From assembly GCA_964016885.1 (NCBI GenBank), contig CAXHJY010001421.1:29260-93259 (forward strand): a stretch of 64,000 nucleotides of DNA, in the 5' to 3' direction. A model generated the notes under the pieces. The model was given only the letters and a program-made list of their open reading frames with translations. It was not told the DNA's origin and made no database searches. The DNA is from Eledone cirrhosa (lineage: Eukaryota). Both the position numbers and the translations under genes were made by a program. Below, one piece after another: positions 57,413-64,000 of the stretch (the stretch's first letter is position 1; every line of letters begins with the position of its first letter).

Positions 57413-57503
57413 ATCCAAACGGAACAACCAAAAATTATGAAAAAAAAGGTTTTTCCAAAAAATTTATTGACGAGCCTGACTGTGTGGTTAAAGGGGTTGA
57501 CTT

Positions 57504-57556
<53 letters not shown>

Positions 57557-57560
57557 ATAA

Positions 57561-57676
57561 TAATTGTTTCTACTTTTGGCACAAGGCCAGTAAATTCCCA
57601 GTGTATTACTGGTACTTTATTTTATCGACCCCGTAAGGATGAAAGGCAAAGTTAACCTTGGCGAGATTTGAACTCA

Positions 57677-57708
<32 letters not shown>

Positions 57709-58155
57709 CTTTCTTTATTAACCACAAGGGTTTACATAAAGTAGACATTAAGGACAGTACAGGACAATACAGGACGGTACAAATGGACATTTCTTCGTGT
57801 AAAAAAAACAGAGGATGTAATAAAAATAACAATGAAAAATTCCCCAATAGGGGGGAGACTTCCGAGGGACATTTGTGGAGAAAGCCCATTAAAAAAAGTC
57901 ACGGTGACCCTGACCACCAGGGCAAGTGCCCTCTCCCAGTTTTCCACCTTCAATTTACAGGCATTGTTTCTACCTTTTTGGCACAAGGCCAGCAATTACC
58001 CCAATGCATTACTATTGCTTTATTTTATCGACCCCCGTAAGGTTGAAAGGCAAAGCTAACCTCAGCGGCATTTGAACTCAGAACGTAAAGAGTCATAACT
58101 CTATGCTGCAAATCATGGTGTCTGACACTCTACCGATACTACCAATCCACTGCCC

Positions 58156-58156
<1 letters not shown>
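57561..58156 (-). mobile_element. SINE A fragments flanking a (TTA)n-tailed retroelement 3' end (57680-57960)
   Basis: SINE A at 57561-57680 and 57963-58156; AATAAA + (TTA)n on minus; partial repeat at 58205-58292. Confidence 0.6.
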
Positions 58157-58209
<53 letters not shown>

Positions 58210-58411
58210 CTTTCTTTATTAACTCAAGGGTTTACACAAAGTAGACATTAAGGACAGTACAGGACAATACAGGACGGTACAAATGGACATTTTTGCGTTT
58301 TGGCAAAAGGTCAGCAATTATCCCAGGGTATTACTGGTACTTTATTTTATCGACCCCATATAATAAATATGAAGACCAGAATCGGAAGAGGGTTCAATAA
58401 GGATTGTATAC

Positions 58412-58463
58412 AGTTTCAGAAGATCCTATAATAGGGTGAAAGCAGCAATTCTTTGCTTAAACT
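58412..58463 (+). ncRNA. Decayed hammerhead motif
   Basis: agttt-CaGAAGA-tccta/taa/tagggt-GAAA-gca...tgc-TT-aaact; core U mutated to A. Confidence 0.45.
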
Positions 58464-58565
58464 TTAATCTGAAATAATAATTGTTTCTACTTTTGGCACA
58501 AGGCCAGCAATTATCTCAGTACATTACTGGTACTTTATCTGAACTAATAATAATATATATATATA

Positions 58566-58773
58566 TAGGAACGAGTAGGACCCCGACGGCTGAGCTCAAG
58601 CCGTTTCAACAGCTAATTCTGGACTAAAATGATTTTAATCCAGAATTAGCTGTTGAAACGGCTTGAGCTCAGCCGTCGGGGTCCTACTCATTCCTATTAC
58701 TCACTCTACTACTCTAAGTATTGAGTACTTTGGTGCGTTATGGTCCACCTGGTTCCTTACCACATTTCCTTCG

Positions 58774-58776
<3 letters not shown>
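58566..58776 (+). mobile_element. Fold-back family member (~60-bp arms)
   Basis: Same arm and tail as 27598 and 36811. Confidence 0.8.
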
Positions 58777-58867
<91 letters not shown>

Positions 58868-58998
58868 CCACAACAAATTAGAAAACCATACTCGAGGACG
58901 TGCATTTCACCCAATGGATTCTCAACTCGAACTGGAACTAACTCTATATTGAGTGCTCTACTTACTATGGATATAACCTCCCAGTTTTTTACCACTAC

Positions 58999-59050
<52 letters not shown>

Positions 59051-59200
59051 ATACACACACATACATACATACACACACACATACAATATATATACATACA
59101 TACATACACACACACACATATACATATATATATATATATATTGTGTGTGTATATGTGTTTGTGTATATATATATATATATTGTATGTGTATGTGTATGTT

Positions 59201-59232
<32 letters not shown>

Positions 59233-59239
59233 CACACAC

Positions 59240-59437
59240 AAAAGGGTAGGCTGAAAAGTTCATAGACTAACTATGAAGGAGTGATGCTAAAGCTGTGAAA
59301 TCTTGCATGCATTAATTTCAACTCTTCTTATTAATAACTGCATTGATTCTTTACAGGGACTATGTTGAAAAATAAACCTCATTTGGTCATTCCATGAGAG
59401 TATCTTGGTCCGCCTATGAACTTGCAGCCGACCTTTG
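59240..59437. mobile_element. mariner-type MITE
   Basis: TIR GGTAGGCTGAAAAGTTCATAG / CTATGAACTTGCAGCCGACC. Confidence 0.75.
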
Positions 59438-59467
59438 TATATATATATATATGTGTGTGTATATATA

Positions 59468-59641
<174 letters not shown>

Positions 59642-59886
59642 CACACACACACATATATATCTATCTATCTATATATATATATACACACACATCTATATAG
59701 AGAGAGAGATATATATGAGTGTGTGTGTGTGTGTATAAGTATGTCTTTGTGTCCATCTTTATGTTTACATTTGTGTCAGGGTCTGCGTTTATGCCCCATA
59801 ATTTAACAGATCAACAGAATAAGCGATCAATAAAGTAAAAACTAGCCTTGAAAAAACAATAAATAAAAGTATCAACATGAATGACA

Positions 59887-60285
59887 TGTGCCCCAGCATG
59901 GTCGCAGTCGAAGGACTGAAACCTGTAAAAGAATAAAAGAGTGTGATGCCCCAGCATGGTCAAAGTCCTATGACTTGAAGCCAGTAAAAGAATAAAAGAG
60001 TGTGATGCCCCAGCATGGTCAAAGTCCTATGACTTGAAGCCAGTAAAAGAATAAAAGAATGTGTTGCCCCAGTATGGTCAAAGTCCTATGACTTGAAGCC
60101 AGTAAAAGAATAAAAGAATGTGTTGCCCCAGCATGGTCAAAGTCCTATGACTTGAAGCCAGTAAAAGAATAAAAGAGTGTGGTGCTCCAGCATGGTCAAA
60201 GTCCTATGACTGAAACCAGTAAAAGAATAAAGAAATGTGGTGCCCCAGAATGGTCGAAGTCCTATGACTGAAACCAGTAAAAGAA
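59887..60285 (+). repeat. 59-bp tandem array, apparently an amplified SINE 3' end
   Basis: Seven copies of gccccagcatggtcaaagtcctatgacttgaagccagtaaaagaataaaaga. Confidence 0.85.
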
Positions 60286-60366
60286 TGGTAAATAAATGGC
60301 TGTGACTGAAAAGAAGTGACCAGTAAGGTCAGTAGTATGTTAGATAGACACAGGCTGATGTTTAAC

Positions 60367-60421
60367 CATCTCCCGTCCAATGGGTCACCTGGATGAAGAA
60401 CAGTTTGTGTTGTAAAACCCT
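60367..60421 (-). CDS. Candidate small coding exon (..GFTTQTVLHPGDPLDGR)
   Basis: Acceptor tatttcag; in frame with the upstream phase-1 exon; donor uncertain (60389 or 60367). Confidence 0.35.
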
Positions 60422-60643
60422 CTGAAATACTCGGTCACTCCAGAATATGACACTAATGAGAATATATAGATATATGAAAAACTTGTTTAAATAAATGTGT
60501 ATATAAATATATATGTGTATGTGTGTGTGTACATATGTATATGTGTGTATATATATGTATATATTTTGTTGGTAAAGTATGCACACGCACACATATATAT
60601 ATATACACACATATCCATACATATCCATACTTATATATATATG

Positions 60644-60707
<64 letters not shown>

Positions 60708-60717
60708 CACAGACATA

Positions 60718-60761
<44 letters not shown>

Positions 60762-60815
60762 AATGTATATTGTATATTTATGTATATTGTTTAAATATAA
60801 ATATAAGTAACTCAC

Positions 60816-60932
60816 CAGTGCTGTGGCTGGATGTAAACGTTCTTTTCACAATGTGCTGCTTAGTTTCAAGAGGAGTATATCCTTGTGTAGAGCTCCAATG
60901 TACAACTGACTGCTGATTCATGTTGTATGTTG
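60816..60932 (-). CDS. Candidate coding exon (TYNMNQQSVVHWSSTQGYTPLETKQHIVKRTFTSSHST)
   Basis: Unique sequence, open frame, consensus donor G|GTGAGT at 60816; weak acceptor. Confidence 0.45.
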
Positions 60933-62125
60933 CTGTATGTACGCATGTAAGCTTAGCTGGCTGCCTGGTTAGTTGGCTGCATAGTTAGTGAATGTTTGTT
61001 TGCGTGTGTGTCTTTGGGTCTGTGTGAACTGTGTGAGTGTGTCTGTGTGAGTGTCAACTGTGTGTATGCGTGTCTGTTCGTGTGTGAACTATGTGAGTGT
61101 GTGTCTTTGGGTCTCGGTGTGTTTTGTGTGAGTGTGTGTATGCGTGTCTGTGTGTGTATGCGTGTCGGTGTGCGTATGCGTGTCTGTGTGTGTGTGTATG
61201 TGTGTATGCGTGTCTGTTCGTGTGTGAACTATGTGAGTGTGTTCTTTGGGTCTCAGTGTGATTTGTGTGTGTGTGTGTGTATGTGCGTGTCTGTTCAGAT
61301 GTGTATGTAGATAAGTGTGTGTACATGATTATGTGTTGGTATCTGTGTCTGTGTGTCTGTGTGTCTGTGTGCCTGTGTGCACACGTGTGTGCCAATGTAA
61401 GAGTGTGTGTTTGTGTATATATAGGTGTCACTCTGTGTGTCTGTGTTTGTGTGTTAGTGTGTGTGCCAATGTGTGTCTGTATGCATGTGTGTGTATGTTT
61501 CTGTGTATATGTAGGTGTGTGTGTGTTGGTGTGTCAGTCAGGCTCTGTGTTTGTAAGTATTTCCATGTGTGTGTGTACATGCCTGTGCATGTCTCTATAT
61601 CTGTGTTTGTATGTGTGTGTCTATGTACACATGTCTGTATGTGTCTGTATGTCGGTGTGTGTGTGTGACTATGTTTATTTATGTCTGTGTGTTTGCGTCA
61701 TTGTGTGTGTGTGTGTGTGTCCGTGTGTGTGAGATTGTGGGTGGAGGGGGGTTTAAGGGATGTGGAATGAAAGAGTGAATGAAAACAAAGATGTGAGGGT
61801 GAGTAACTGAGAATGTGAAGGTGAGAGAAAGAGGAAGAGAAAGAGAGAGTGAGTGAGAGAAAGAGGAAGAGAGAAAGAGAGACAGAAAGAGAAAAAAGCC
61901 AGAGGGACAGAGTGAAAGAAAGAGAGAAATACAGAAAGAGAGAAAGACAGAAAGAGAGAGAGACAGAGTGAGAGAATGAGAGAGGGAGAGAGAGAGAGAA
62001 AAAGAGAGAAAGCCAGAGAGACAAAGTGAGAGAAAGAGAGAGAGCCAGGGAAAAAGAGACAGAAAGAGAGAAAGCCAGAGACAGAGTGAGAGAAAGAGAA
62101 AGAGAGAGAGAGACAGACAGAGTGT

Positions 62126-62165
<40 letters not shown>

Positions 62166-62189
62166 AAGACAGAGTGAGAGGAAGAGAGA

Positions 62190-62587
62190 GAGATGGTCAG
62201 AGAAGAAGAGGCAGACAAGGTGAGAGAGAGAGAGAGGAAGAGAGAGTGAGAGGAAGAGAGAGATAGCCAGAGAAGAAGAGATAGACAGGGTGAGAGAGAG
62301 AGAGAGAGAGAGGGGAAGATAGAGTGAGAGAGAGAGGGAGACACACACAGACAGAGTGAGAGGAAGAGAGAGATGGCCAGAGAAGAAGAGATAGACAGGG
62401 TGAGAAAGAGAGAGAGGGGAAGATAGAGTGAGAGAGAGAGAGAGACACACACACACAGACAGAGTGAGAGGAAGAGAGAGATGGCCAGAAAAGAAGAGAC
62501 AGACAGGGTGAGAGAGAGAGAGAGGAAGATAGAGTGAGAGAGAGAGAGAGAGGAAGAGAGAGATGGCCAGAGAAGACGAGATAGACA

Positions 62588-62625
<38 letters not shown>

Positions 62626-62745
62626 AAGAGAGAGATGGCCAGAGAAGAAGAGATAGACAGGGTGAGAGAGAGAGAGAGAGAAAGAGAGAGGAAGAGAGAG
62701 ATGGCCAGAGAAGATGAGATAGACAGGGTGAGAGAGAGAGAGAGA

Positions 62746-62810
<65 letters not shown>

Positions 62811-62843
62811 AGAGAGAGATGGCCAGAGAAGAAGATATAGACA

Positions 62844-62883
<40 letters not shown>

Positions 62884-63131
62884 GAGAGAGATGGCCAGAG
62901 AAGAAGAGAGAGACAGGGTGAGAGAGAGAGAGGAAGAGAGAGATGGCCAGAGAAGAAGAGATAGACAGGGTGAGAGAGAGAGAGAGGGGAAGAGAGAGAT
63001 GGCCAGAAAAGAAGAGATAGACAGGGTGAGAGAGAGAGAGAGAGAGAGAGGAAGACAGAGTGAGAGAGAGAGAGACACACACAGACAGAGTGAGAGGAAG
63101 AGAGAGATGGCCAGAGAAGAAGAGATAGACA

Positions 63132-63175
<44 letters not shown>

Positions 63176-63513
63176 GAGAGAGATGGCCAGAGAAGAAGAG
63201 ACAGACAGGGTGAGAGAGCGAGGGAGAGAGAGAGAGTGAGAGGGAGAGGAAGAGAGAGATGGCCAGAGAAGAAGAGATAGAAAGGGTGAGAGAGAGAGAG
63301 AGAGAGGAAGAGAGAGATGGCCAGAAAAGAAGAGACAGACAGGGTGAGAGAGAGAGAAAGAGAAAGAGAGAGATGGCCAGAGAAGAAGAGACAGACAGGG
63401 TGAGAGAGAGGGAGAGAGAGGAAGAGAGAGATGGCCAGAGAAGAAGAGACAGACAGGGTGAGAGAGAGAGAGAGAGAGGAAGAGAGAGATGGCCAGAGAA
63501 AAAGAGACAGACA

Positions 63514-63559
<46 letters not shown>

Positions 63560-63850
63560 GAGAGAGATGGCCAGAGAAGAAGAGACAGACAGGGTGAGAG
63601 AGAGAGAGAGGGAGAGAGAGAGTGAGAGAGAGAGGAAGAGAGAGATGGCCAGAGAAGAAGAGATAGAAAGGGTAGAGAGAGAGAGAGAGGAAGAGAGAGA
63701 TGGCCAGAGAAGAAGAGACAGACAGGGTGAGAGAGAGAGAAAGAGAGAGGAAGAGAGAGATGGCCAGAGAAGAAGAGACAGACAGGGTGAGAGAGAGGGA
63801 GAGAGAGGAAGAGAGAGATGGCCAGAGAAGTAGAGACAGACAGGGTGAGA
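62190..63850. repeat. GA-rich minisatellite (gagatggccagagaagaagagayagacagggt + (GA)n)
   Basis: More than 25 cores with variable (GA)n spacers. Confidence 0.95.
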
Positions 63851-64000
63851 GAGAGAGAGAGAGAGAGAGGAAGACAGAGTGAGAGAGAGAGAGAGAGACA
63901 CACAGAGACAGGGAGAGAGAGAGAGAGAGACACACACAGACAGGGAGAGAGAGAGAGAGACACACAGACAGGGTGAGAGAGACACACACAGACAGGGAGA

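Noticed and set aside
61679-63989. 600-770 aa Ser/Leu-rich ORFs
   Set aside because: Open in all three frames because (CT)n satellite lacks stop codons

Overview
AT-rich eukaryotic (animal) DNA that is almost all repeats. The SINE families and microsatellite load resemble an octopus/cephalopod genome (inference). No complete host gene is visible; the best candidates are two small minus-strand exons near 60.4-60.9 kb. Most ORFs in the track are microsatellite artefacts. Real coding remnants are retroelement or transposon pieces: RTE LINEs (one with an open RT + PHD-finger C-terminus), CR1 LINEs, R4/Dong-type restriction-endonuclease LINEs in (CATA)n, a mariner and a DD37D/maT element. There are also Tc1/pogo and piggyBac-type MITEs, several tRNA-derived SINE families and many satellites. 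The main signal not shown by the ORF track is a set of about 13 type I hammerhead-ribozyme cores (CUGAnGA...GAAA...UH) in short non-coding Penelope/retrozyme-like elements inserted in (TA)n. Most have a fold-back arm + tail layout and share a TTGAGTRCT tail motif. One young element (47987-49060) has an intact hammerhead in a 467-bp circularly permuted monomer. Three dissimilar elements have an ATGCAAAT octamer 81-92 nt upstream of the ribozyme core on the same strand. Everything was read by eye, so boundaries may be off by a few bases.
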